A stretch of DNA of 36,046 bases. Source: a virus. Its lineage: Duplodnaviria; Caudoviricetes. Below the pieces are notes generated by a model that saw only the letters and a list, made by a program, of their open reading frames with translations, had not been told where the DNA came from and did no database searches. Shown piece after piece: positions 27,464 to 35,265 of this stretch. The stretch lies in the IMG/VR virus record IMGVR_UViG_3300022697_000115, positions 1 through 36,046 of that record; one strand, 5' to 3'. Made by a program: the position numbers and the translations under genes. Numbering within the stretch: the stretch's first letter is position 1; every line of letters starts with the position of its first letter.

Positions 27464-27682
27464 TAGTATGCTACCTAAAAGTGAAGGGCTTAATCTCTAA
27501 GGGATGAAGATCAAGCCCTCCGCTTACAACACATCTTTTCGCGATGTAAACGGCATAGTCACAAAGCGGAGTAGTCAGGTATAGTGCCTGTAACATGACT
27601 TTGCCTATGCTGCCAGTGTTATTTGCGCCACCGCTAGCTGGGTGCTGCTCAAAGGGGAGCATGAAGTTTATATTTGTTCTGA

Positions 27683-27814
27683 TCATTTGCGTCCGCCTAT
27701 CTCAATTCCGTTTTCTTTCGCGTAGTAAACTTTCAAATTCGGAAAGTATTCTCGAAGAAAATCGACTGCTCGCGTAATATCTGGCATGGCATCGCGGTTG
27801 CTTTGCTTGCTCAT
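27683..27814 (-). CDS. Small hypothetical protein (43 aa)
   Basis: MSKQSNRDAMP...YAKENGIEIG; ATGA overlap with the helicase stop. Confidence 0.55.
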   Translation of the reverse strand: MSKQSNRDAMPDITRAVDFLREYFPNLKVYYAKENGIEIGGRK

Positions 27815-28752
27815 GCTAAGTTAAACGACTCATTACCAATACCGCACATATTCATAACACGAGAGTTAGATCCGCTTACGTGTTGCAAATTTTCGTTATT
27901 AAACCAAAGATGAAAATCCCCTTCCCACTCACCGTTTCTTTGTTTTTTAACCATCAGAAGCAAGTCGGATTCTTTTTGTATATTTTCATCTGGATTATTT
28001 TTGTGAGAATCTTTTTCTTTTCGTTTATTAGCCCAAACGATAATTAAATTATCGGTCTGATCGATTATGTCGCCAGCGCCTTTTAAATCAAATTTGTCTG
28101 GCTTATCATATTCTGAAGACCCTTTCCTAACGTGGGCAACTAGGTGCACATGTTTACCGTAGTCTTTAGCTAAATCACAAAGTGAATTTATAAATTTCTT
28201 TTGTGTGTTGTGGTCATCCGTATTAATTCCACACTTCATGAGCGAGTCAATAATCATATGATCAATACCTAGGTGCTCAAAACAATATCGCGTCAGCGCC
28301 ACAATTCTAGTGTGCTTAACAAACCCACGCTGGTCATAAATCCAAAGCTTGTTATCGGTCCACTGATGGAATGTTTTAATATAATCTGGCGTAGGCTCTG
28401 GCAACCCTGTCGCCTGCAAAGTCATCCGGTGCATCGTTGCCTCTGGTGGCATTTCAAGCGAAGCAATGCAAGCCTTACCCCCTTGATGGTTAAAGCCCAA
28501 AACTACTTGACCAAGCGTCAATGATTTTCTGTGCCCGTTGATGCCGCCCCAGATTGTAACCTCGCCCGGCCTAAATCTCATGAGGCTATTTGTTTTCTCC
28601 CAAGGTAAGCGCCAGCCAGAAGACGCCTGTGGGCTGTGAATACGATTTATGACGCTCTCGCACCAATTGCTCGCAGGCTTAACGTTGCACGCATCCTCAG
28701 GTACGCTCTCGTAATAATTCCAGTCGATTTCCGTGTCAGGTATTAACTTCAA
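27811..28752 (-). CDS. DnaB/SF4-like replicative helicase
   Basis: FRPGEVTIWGGINGHRKS, SLEM, IIDSL, HLVAH, KQRNG. Confidence 0.88.
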   Translation of the reverse strand: MKLIPDTEIDWNYYESVPEDACNVKPASNWCESVINRIHSPQASSGWRLPWEKTNSLMRFRPGEVTIWGGINGHRKSLTLGQVVLGFNHQGGKACIASLEMPPEATMHRMTLQATGLPEPTPDYIKTFHQWTDNKLWIYDQRGFVKHTRIVALTRYCFEHLGIDHMIIDSLMKCGINTDDHNTQKKFINSLCDLAKDYGKHVHLVAHVRKGSSEYDKPDKFDLKGAGDIIDQTDNLIIVWANKRKEKDSHKNNPDENIQKESDLLLMVKKQRNGEWEGDFHLWFNNENLQHVSGSNSRVMNMCGIGNESFNLA

Positions 28753-29081
28753 AACGGCATCTCCAAAGTATCGATTTTATTCCAATGCGTGACCTCGCGA
28801 ATATTTACAATGTAATTTTCTAGCACCACGATGCGTCGATTATTTCTTGGCGACCAAAGAACCAAATTTTTAACGCCGTTGGTTTTTAGGCGATTTATCA
28901 TGGCAAGCAATTTTCGGATTGAAATTCCGGTTGCAGCTAAAACCACATCGAGGCCACGAAAAATTCCAAAGTCACCATCATGATCTGTAATCGACTCAGA
29001 AACACCGGCTACCAAAGAAACACAAACAGATTCCGGTTTTAATCCACGCTTTCGAATTTTAATCAGGTCATCGATGCTCAT
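28749..29081 (-). CDS. Hypothetical protein between initiator and helicase
   Basis: Coupled on both sides. Confidence 0.65.
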   Translation of the reverse strand: MSIDDLIKIRKRGLKPESVCVSLVAGVSESITDHDGDFGIFRGLDVVLAATGISIRKLLAMINRLKTNGVKNLVLWSPRNNRRIVVLENYIVNIREVTHWNKIDTLEMPF

Positions 29082-29695
29082 ACGCCACCGTCAAAATAAT
29101 CAACCACGTTAGAACCAAAATCGCCATCAAGAAAACCACCAGCTCGAAGCCAAGAAGCGGGATACGGAATATACTTTCCAGAATCCTTGGTCCAATCGTC
29201 CTGAGTCTTGGCCAACTCAACCGCAGAAATAATTTTCTGAGTTAATTGCTCGTCAGGTTTTAATTTGGTCCATGCTTTTTCAGCATCGAGCTTAGATTTT
29301 TTCTTCGGGTAAGATTTCCAAAATTGCGCAAACTTTTGCGCAAGTAGTTCTGTCTCTGTCTCTGTCTCTGTCTCTGTCTCTGGGGGTCCAAGTTGATATT
29401 GATCTGATATCACATCGATATCATCGTGATGTAAGAACACGCTAAGCTCATGTAATGATTGAGTTATGACTTTTTTATCTTTGCGCAATCTAAAACAAAT
29501 CACATCTATTTCGGGTATTGTCCCAGTTTTCGTCTCATCTTCCGACGCCAGTAGCCAAAGCCCAACTAAAACGCGAAAGGAACAGTCTGATATCAAGTTG
29601 ATATCAAGTTGATCCAGAATTTCACGGTGTAATTTTATCCAGGGTGGGCGACGATCTTTAAAGTGCTGGAACTTGTCCCAGTTCTTAATTTTCAC
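29078..29695 (-). CDS. Replication initiator (lambda O analogue)
   Basis: IKNWDKFQHFKDRRPPWIKL, ETETET linker, FWKSYPKK...YIPYPASWL. Confidence 0.8.
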   Translation of the reverse strand: MKIKNWDKFQHFKDRRPPWIKLHREILDQLDINLISDCSFRVLVGLWLLASEDETKTGTIPEIDVICFRLRKDKKVITQSLHELSVFLHHDDIDVISDQYQLGPPETETETETETELLAQKFAQFWKSYPKKKSKLDAEKAWTKLKPDEQLTQKIISAVELAKTQDDWTKDSGKYIPYPASWLRAGGFLDGDFGSNVVDYFDGGV

Positions 29696-29865
29696 GCACT
29701 CAACCCCTGCTCAACTTCCATCATTTCCACCTGCTCCGGAGAGCGCCCAGAAATCAATTTATACAATTTAGCTTGCATGATTGCCTGATGATTCTTATGG
29801 CACTTCACTAGATCCTCAGTAGCCTGATCAATCATTTGTTCGCGGGCTTGGTCGTCTTGGTTCAC
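29692..29865 (-). CDS. Small hypothetical protein (57 aa)
   Basis: GGAGG RBS; GTGA overlaps on both ends. Confidence 0.55.
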   Translation of the reverse strand: MNQDDQAREQMIDQATEDLVKCHKNHQAIMQAKLYKLISGRSPEQVEMMEVEQGLSA

Positions 29866-30008
29866 GCACATACCTCCGGTAATTCTTCAGGATCAACAAA
29901 ATCACTACCGCAGAAAAAACAAGCGCAACATGATTCAATGACGTAAAATTCCTCATCGCAAACCGAGCATATTTTTAACACATCGACTTCATGCTCATAA
30001 TATTCCAT
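29862..30008 (-). CDS. Small zinc-ribbon protein (48 aa)
   Basis: CSVC...CFFC; AGGAG RBS. Confidence 0.55.
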   Translation of the reverse strand: MEYYEHEVDVLKICSVCDEEFYVIESCCACFFCGSDFVDPEELPEVCA

Positions 30009-30019
30009 GTCAACTCCTA

Positions 30020-30365
30020 AGTAATATTTAATATGCGGCCTAAAATGTAATGGAGCTGTGACACAACAAATGCATTTTTGTCTAGGGATGCAAGCCCTCA
30101 TGGTGTCTAACAAACTCCGACCGCATACTGAATACAACTAATAATATTCAAGCTTGACCGGACCCGGCCCTTACATCTGCCACTTTTCCCGGGCCCGACC
30201 AAGCTTAAATATTACTAATGGGTTGGAGGGAAATTTCGTCATGTAACGCGCATCGATGTTAACCACGTTTTTATTTGGCGCTATCTTCTCTGCGGATTCC
30301 CTCTACCTTATCGCCGCAGTTCATTCGGCCTGGATGCTTGCCGACTCCTCTCTTTGGGTTGATAC
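30020..30365 (-). ncRNA. Structured non-coding RNA region
   Basis: 29-bp stem (30139-30217) closed by G-U pairs on the minus strand, plus a multibranch fold at 30032-30127. Confidence 0.55.
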
Positions 30366-30367
30366 GT

Positions 30368-30913
30368 TTAAGCTGGCGTTGCTTCTGTTAACTTTTCATC
30401 TATCACCCAGTCTTCCGCTAGCATGTCCGCTTGCGATGCCAACCACCCTGGTTGCCACTGTTTTGTTGCCGTGTACATTGCGAAGTACGGTTGGCAATCA
30501 AGAGGCTTATCTTCACCGATCCACTTGGCTGTTCGGTCGTTAACTTTCCTCGCTGTGTCGCTGGTATTAAATGGCGGCAAATACAAAGGCGGCATAAGAA
30601 CAATAAACATGCCCTTACCGTTCCACCCGGTGCGAGCAACTTTATGACCTTTATGCATTGCCTCTAGGGCTAAACCAAAAGTCATTTCATTGGTTTTTCG
30701 ATACGCTTCTTCAAACTGCTCTGCCGGGCTCCAAGAAACGTAATTATCGGTGTACTGGACTACATATCCTTTGTCATCACCGCATTCGTCGGCGGGTAGT
30801 TCCCAGCCTCTAAACTGGTTATATTCAAGACGAGTCATCGGTTTTGCGCCAGATATTTTAGTGCCTATGTATTGGTCCATATTTTCTAATGCCGGATAAT
30901 CATTACCTTTCAT
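30368..30913 (-). CDS. DUF2829 (Tad2-like) anti-defence protein
   Basis: MTFGLALEAMHKGHKVARTGWNGKGMF...GWLASQADMLAEDW. Confidence 0.85.
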   Translation of the reverse strand: MKGNDYPALENMDQYIGTKISGAKPMTRLEYNQFRGWELPADECGDDKGYVVQYTDNYVSWSPAEQFEEAYRKTNEMTFGLALEAMHKGHKVARTGWNGKGMFIVLMPPLYLPPFNTSDTARKVNDRTAKWIGEDKPLDCQPYFAMYTATKQWQPGWLASQADMLAEDWVIDEKLTEATPA

Positions 30914-30992
30914 TACTTTTCCTTTTGGTTTTGGTTTTAGATTGTTTTGTCAGGTGTGTATTCAATTCCCAACATTCTGACTCTTTTTGGTT

Positions 30993-31190
30993 TTAAGCCA
31001 CTCTCCTCTCACACAATCCATACATCCCATCACAGTCAACGTAAACAGCTTTATGCTCAATCAACGCATCAAGTCGTATGTTGAAATCTTCGGGGTGGTA
31101 TAGGTCTGCCTTCACTAAATTAAATAACGCAGCACGTGAGTAGCTGATACCCTTTTGCATTGTCTGCAATATACGCAAATAGTCACTCAT
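30993..31190 (-). CDS. Small winged-helix-like protein
   Basis: Three helices plus a beta hairpin pattern; similar to its neighbour. Confidence 0.55.
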   Translation of the reverse strand: MSDYLRILQTMQKGISYSRAALFNLVKADLYHPEDFNIRLDALIEHKAVYVDCDGMYGLCERRVA

Positions 31191-31375
31191 GGCTCGCCCT
31201 TGTAAAGTAAGCTTTCTTTTCGAAACATAAATCCAGCCCGTTGCAATAACCGGACTTCCTCCTCAAAATATTCTTTATCCATGCGACCACGTACACGGAC
31301 CATTTCCAAAAGACGCTCATCGGTATAGCCGACATCTTTTTGCATGGTCTTAACGATTCTTAGGTTGACGGCCAT
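31187..31375 (-). CDS. Small winged-helix-like protein
   Basis: LRIVKTMQK resembles the neighbour's LRILQTMQK. Confidence 0.55.
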   Translation of the reverse strand: MAVNLRIVKTMQKDVGYTDERLLEMVRVRGRMDKEYFEEEVRLLQRAGFMFRKESLLYKGEP

Positions 31376-31378
31376 GGG

Positions 31379-31780
31379 TTATCCTTTGGAGATTCTCGGC
31401 TCTACATGCATGCCGATTTGTTCCAGTTTAATTTTCAACTCGGCGAGCTCTCGTTCTTTCGCTTTCAATTCTTGATATTCTTTGTGTTTTACTAAAACGC
31501 ATCCAACTTGTTTGGCTTCAAATTGCAACATCGCGAAATTTCCTGTCAGCTCGTAAAACGGCAATCTGTTATGTAGCTGCAGAGTTGCCGTGTAATCTAA
31601 AATTCTGGAAAAGTGGCCTTTGTCGATGCCAAGTATCTCGGCCGCTTTCCGCTGGGTGTAGCGAAATCGTCTCGCGTCCCAATTCAATCCAAACGCGTCA
31701 TACGCTGTTTTGCATAACGATAAATGTTCTGTGCCGATTAGAGCGGGCCTTTTCTTGGCCGGTAATACTGGATACTGCAT
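31379..31780 (-). CDS. CII-position HTH regulator
   Basis: YTQRKAAEILGIDKGHFSRIL HTH; downstream of cro. Confidence 0.7.
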   Translation of the reverse strand: MQYPVLPAKKRPALIGTEHLSLCKTAYDAFGLNWDARRFRYTQRKAAEILGIDKGHFSRILDYTATLQLHNRLPFYELTGNFAMLQFEAKQVGCVLVKHKEYQELKAKERELAELKIKLEQIGMHVEPRISKG

Positions 31781-31837
31781 ACATCACCTGCTTTGTATCT
31801 GGTTGACTTGAGTTGCAAGTCGAATTTCGTGTTAAAT

Positions 31838-31867
31838 AAAAAACCGCCGATTGTGGTCGGCGGGTTT
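31838..31867 (-). terminator. tR1-like terminator after cro
   Basis: CCGCCGA/TCGGCGG stem followed by a T-run on the minus strand. Confidence 0.7.
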
Positions 31868-31869
31868 GG

Positions 31870-32064
31870 TTAGGCGGCTGAACCGTAAATGTCCGGCCGC
31901 AATTCGTGCCTAGATATGGCTGTAAGCTCTTCAACCTGCAATACCCGATCAACCGGAATTTGTGACCATTGAGATACTGCCTGACTTGATATTTTTAAAT
32001 ATTTAGCCAGCTTTGCTGTTCCGCCAGAAGCTTCAAGCACTTTTTCTATGATTTTTTTATTCAT
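31870..32064 (-). CDS. cro: Cro/YdaS-like repressor
   Basis: GGTAKLAKYLKISSQAVSQW...IP...RHELRPDIY. Confidence 0.9.
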   Translation of the reverse strand: MNKKIIEKVLEASGGTAKLAKYLKISSQAVSQWSQIPVDRVLQVEELTAISRHELRPDIYGSAA

Positions 32065-32070
32065 TCGAAA

Positions 32071-32135
32071 ATAGTAAGTGCCACTTACTTTTTTGTCAAG
32101 GTGTAGTTACTAGCTTTTAGGTAAGTTTCCCTTAC
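32071..32135. promoter_or_regulatory. OR-like region: three operators and a PR-like promoter
   Basis: GTAAG-N5-CTTAC at 32074-32088 and 32121-32135, degenerate copy at 32096-32110; minus-strand TTGACA-17-TACTAT. Confidence 0.85.
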
Positions 32136-32147
32136 AATGCCGACGAG

Positions 32148-32540
32148 ATGGACATAAATAAATTTAAAGACAGACTAAAATCCGCTCGTAAGTTGCGGAA
32201 ATTAAACCAAACTGAACTCAGCATTGCTTGCATAAATAAGCAAGGCGAGATAGCTACGCGAGAATACATATCTGGATTAGAGGGAGGGAAATACAAGCCT
32301 TCGTACGATAATTTTTTGCGGATTGCCGAAAAACTAGATTGCTCGCTAGATTATTTGGCTGGTTTTTCTGACATAATTGGCGAGATAGGCGAACATATTG
32401 AAAAATCATCAAAATATACCGAGATGCTCTATAGCATCCCAATAGAAACACGACACGAGCTAATTGGCAGAATAAAAGAAGCGCACTATCAATATGTATC
32501 AAATCCGCTCGACAGCGATAACAAGAAGGACAGGGAGTGA
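32148..32540 (+). CDS. CI-like XRE repressor (no S24 peptidase domain)
   Basis: RLKSARKLRKLNQTELS...LEGGKYKPS...IAEKLDCSLDYL; divergent from cro. Confidence 0.85.
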   Translation: MDINKFKDRLKSARKLRKLNQTELSIACINKQGEIATREYISGLEGGKYKPSYDNFLRIAEKLDCSLDYLAGFSDIIGEIGEHIEKSSKYTEMLYSIPIETRHELIGRIKEAHYQYVSNPLDSDNKKDRE

Positions 32541-32545
32541 TTAAA

Positions 32546-32878
32546 ATGAATACATTTAAGTTGGCTGTATTATTCTCGCTTTCGCTGCTTATTTCGGGGT
32601 GCGCGACCGTCGAAGCAAGAGTTTCCAGCATGCACGACTGGAAAATATGTCATCTTTTAGCCGACATGACGTACAAAGCTAAATCACAATGGCTCTGGCA
32701 TTTATCTAAAGAAATAAAACGCCGCAATCTTACCGAAAACAAAAAATGCAAGTCTATTTATGAGGCTCGCTTGGCTGTACACGTCAGAAAACGTCAAAAC
32801 TCAACCATTCAAATCACATCTGGGCAAGTACCCACAAGCAGAGCTCCCCTCACTTTTGAAAAAGCAATAAGCAACTAG
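32546..32878 (+). CDS. Lipoprotein co-transcribed with the repressor
   Basis: Lipobox LISG-C; alternative GTG start at 32537. Confidence 0.7.
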   Translation: MNTFKLAVLFSLSLLISGCATVEARVSSMHDWKICHLLADMTYKAKSQWLWHLSKEIKRRNLTENKKCKSIYEARLAVHVRKRQNSTIQITSGQVPTSRAPLTFEKAISN

Positions 32879-33020
32879 TAACGAAGAAATAACTAACTTC
32901 CTGATCATCTTGGCTATTTCCTAGTCACTACACCTGCGCCCCCAGAAAAACATTAAGTATTGTTTTTAATAAATAATTACAAGTTTATTGTGATTTTTTG
33001 CATTCTATTCATTTTTAATA

Positions 33021-33060
33021 GTAAGTTGTGCTTGACATAAATGTAAGCTGTACTTACTAT
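33021..33060 (+). promoter_or_regulatory. OL/PL-like promoter with two operators
   Basis: TTGACA(33032)-17-TACTAT; GTAAG-N5-CTTGA and GTAAG-N5-CTTAC. Confidence 0.85.
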
Positions 33061-33066
33061 TAAGTC

Positions 33067-33291
33067 ATGCAACCAAACATAACTAACCTCCCCCCACTCA
33101 TCAAAGCCCGTGAAGCATACCTAACTTCCGTCCTAGCAAGTCGTGGCTATGCCCGACAACAGCTGGTAAACGGTCGTTACGGTTACACGCTCCATTGCGA
33201 AAATGGTTGGGTCCGGATTGGCAAGTATCGGTCTGACGTACTGGCCTGCTTAGAAACCCTTGAATCGGAGTCTACAAGAACTAATGCTTAA
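33067..33291 (+). CDS. Hypothetical early protein
   Basis: ATG sits at the predicted PL start (leaderless). Confidence 0.6.
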   Translation: MQPNITNLPPLIKAREAYLTSVLASRGYARQQLVNGRYGYTLHCENGWVRIGKYRSDVLACLETLESESTRTNA

Positions 33292-33401
33292 TCTATCCCA
33301 AGCTCAGAAACGCAGCTGGCGAATCATGCTGAGAAATCACAGCGTGACCGATCCTAAATTCTACATGCGGAATATTAATCTGTTCCGCGCCATGGGGGTT
33401 A

Positions 33402-33596
33402 TTGGTGGCTAAAGACATCACTGTAACACTAGAACTTGAGCCGAGCATTGCCTTGGCGTTGGCGCAATTTTGTAAACGCATTGGTTGGCAGGATTGTGTG
33501 ACTAACTCTGTTAGTGATGCCGAAGCCTATGAAATGCTAGATGGGCTTGGCACTTTGCGGCTGGCTTTACGTGACGCAGGCTTTGACCCTCGATGA
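33402..33596 (+). CDS. Conserved small phage protein
   Basis: ALALAQFCKRIGW...EAYEM...ALRDAGFDPR; exact start uncertain. Confidence 0.65.
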   Translation: MVAKDITVTLELEPSIALALAQFCKRIGWQDCVTNSVSDAEAYEMLDGLGTLRLALRDAGFDPR

Positions 33597-33766
33597 GCTA
33601 CATCGAATGGATTGTTTTAGTACTTATGCTGCAATTTGTGTCCTGCGGCGCAGCGCTAATTTGGGCATGGAGAAATTATAAAAATGCCAAGTGATTTAAT
33701 TTTAATGATTGTGGTTTGCATCCATTTGATGGTGTTGATAATTTTATTTGAGAGGGTAATTAAAAA

Positions 33767-34561
33767 ATGAACGAGCTCGCAACACAAGGAAAATCCGGCC
33801 TGGCAATAAATGACAATTTTGCTAGCGCTAGTCAGATTCGCGCGCAAGTAAATCTCATTCAGGAAGTCATGCGCTCAGTCATGAAAGAGGATACTCATTT
33901 TGGGATTATACCCGGATGCAAAGTGCCAAGCCTCTATAAGGCTGGCGCTGAAAAGATCATGGCTACATTTAGATTATCAGCCGAACCATTTGCTGATGAT
34001 TTATCAACAAGCGACGAGGCCAGATTTAGGGTGACTGTCCGGCTTACGTCCCCTACCGGTGTGTTTGTTGGAGCAGGCATCGGTGAATGCTCTAGCGGTG
34101 AAGAAAAATATAAGTGGCGAGCGTGTTATATAGCCGAAGAATTTAACGAAACCCCCGACGATCGCAAGCGCGAGAAATGGTCGCAATACAAAGGTAAGCC
34201 CGCAAAAAAGCAAAAACAAGTTCGCACCAACGCTGCAGATCTTCGAAATACCGTTTTAAAAATGGCAAAAAAGCGAGCCCAAATTGATGCCGTTTTAACC
34301 GCCACCGCAGCGAGCGATATTTTTACTCAGGATATCGAAGACTTACCCAAAGAGTATGTGCGCGACATGGCAGACCCCGCACCTAGCGGTGTTAAATCAC
34401 AGCAATGCACTGCTGACGACGGCTTACTCAAATCATTAGAGGACGCGGCAAACAAAGGATGGCCCGCACTACAAGAGCGATGGAAAAACTTAACAGACAG
34501 CCAGAGAGCCGAGGTCGGCGGAAAGTTCGGAGACTTCAAAAAAATAGCGGAGACAATATGA
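33767..34561 (+). CDS. Putative single-strand annealing/recombination protein
   Basis: HFGIIPG..PSLYKAGAEK, NTVLKMAKKRA.DA, FTQDIED; paired with the exonuclease. Confidence 0.6.
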   Translation: MNELATQGKSGLAINDNFASASQIRAQVNLIQEVMRSVMKEDTHFGIIPGCKVPSLYKAGAEKIMATFRLSAEPFADDLSTSDEARFRVTVRLTSPTGVFVGAGIGECSSGEEKYKWRACYIAEEFNETPDDRKREKWSQYKGKPAKKQKQVRTNAADLRNTVLKMAKKRAQIDAVLTATAASDIFTQDIEDLPKEYVRDMADPAPSGVKSQQCTADDGLLKSLEDAANKGWPALQERWKNLTDSQRAEVGGKFGDFKKIAETI

Positions 34562-35256
34562 AACAGCAAAACGAAGATTGGTATATGGATCGCGCCGGGT
34601 GTGCTACGGCGTCAAAATTTAAAGATGTGATGGCCGTGGGAAAAACCGGAAAACCATTAAAAGCTCGTGGCGATTATTTGATTAACGTATTGACTGAGCG
34701 GTTAACTGGCGAACCTTTGATGTCGTTTACTAATGCCGCTATGCAGTGGGGCAACGACAACGAAGAGTTTGCACGCACAGCCTATGAAATAAAAACAGGT
34801 AATGCGGTGCTTGAGTCTAAGTTTGTTAGCCATGCCGATATTAAACATGTCGGTTGTTCCCCGGACGGTTTGGTTGATGATGATGGTGGCGCAGAGTTCA
34901 AGTGCCCCGCCAATTCTGCAAATCACGTCCAGACGATCATCAACAACACCATGCCGATTGAGCACACCGACCAGGTACAGGGTTGCATGTGGGTGACTGG
35001 CCGAAAATGGTGGGACTTTGTTAGCTTCGATCCCAGAATGCCTAAGCATTTACAGTTATTTGTGCAACGCATTTACCGCGATGAAAAATATATTGCCGAC
35101 ATGGAGAAAGGCGTTAAGTCGTTTCTTGGGGAGGTGCTTGTATTGCTTAAACAGCTACAAATGGCAGGCAATGATCCAGTTATCGAGCAGGCGGCGCCAA
35201 CCAAAGTTAACAGCAAAATCTCAAACGCCAAAAATGCCAACCCAGACCAATTTTAA
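34558..35256 (+). CDS. YqaJ/lambda-exonuclease family nuclease
   Basis: W...R.G..TAS, MQWG, GCSPDGLV, EFKCP, QVQGCMW; ATGA-coupled start at 34558. Confidence 0.92.
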   Translation: MKQQNEDWYMDRAGCATASKFKDVMAVGKTGKPLKARGDYLINVLTERLTGEPLMSFTNAAMQWGNDNEEFARTAYEIKTGNAVLESKFVSHADIKHVGCSPDGLVDDDGGAEFKCPANSANHVQTIINNTMPIEHTDQVQGCMWVTGRKWWDFVSFDPRMPKHLQLFVQRIYRDEKYIADMEKGVKSFLGEVLVLLKQLQMAGNDPVIEQAAPTKVNSKISNAKNANPDQF

Positions 35257-35265
35257 GGGATAACC

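Noticed and set aside
29349-29381. (TCTGTC)n as a phase-variation tract
   Set aside because: The hexamer keeps frame and encodes the ET linker common in phage initiators
34459-34557. N-terminal extension of the exonuclease in the ORF track
   Set aside because: It overlaps the upstream gene; the ATG at 34558 has a GGAG RBS and ATGA coupling
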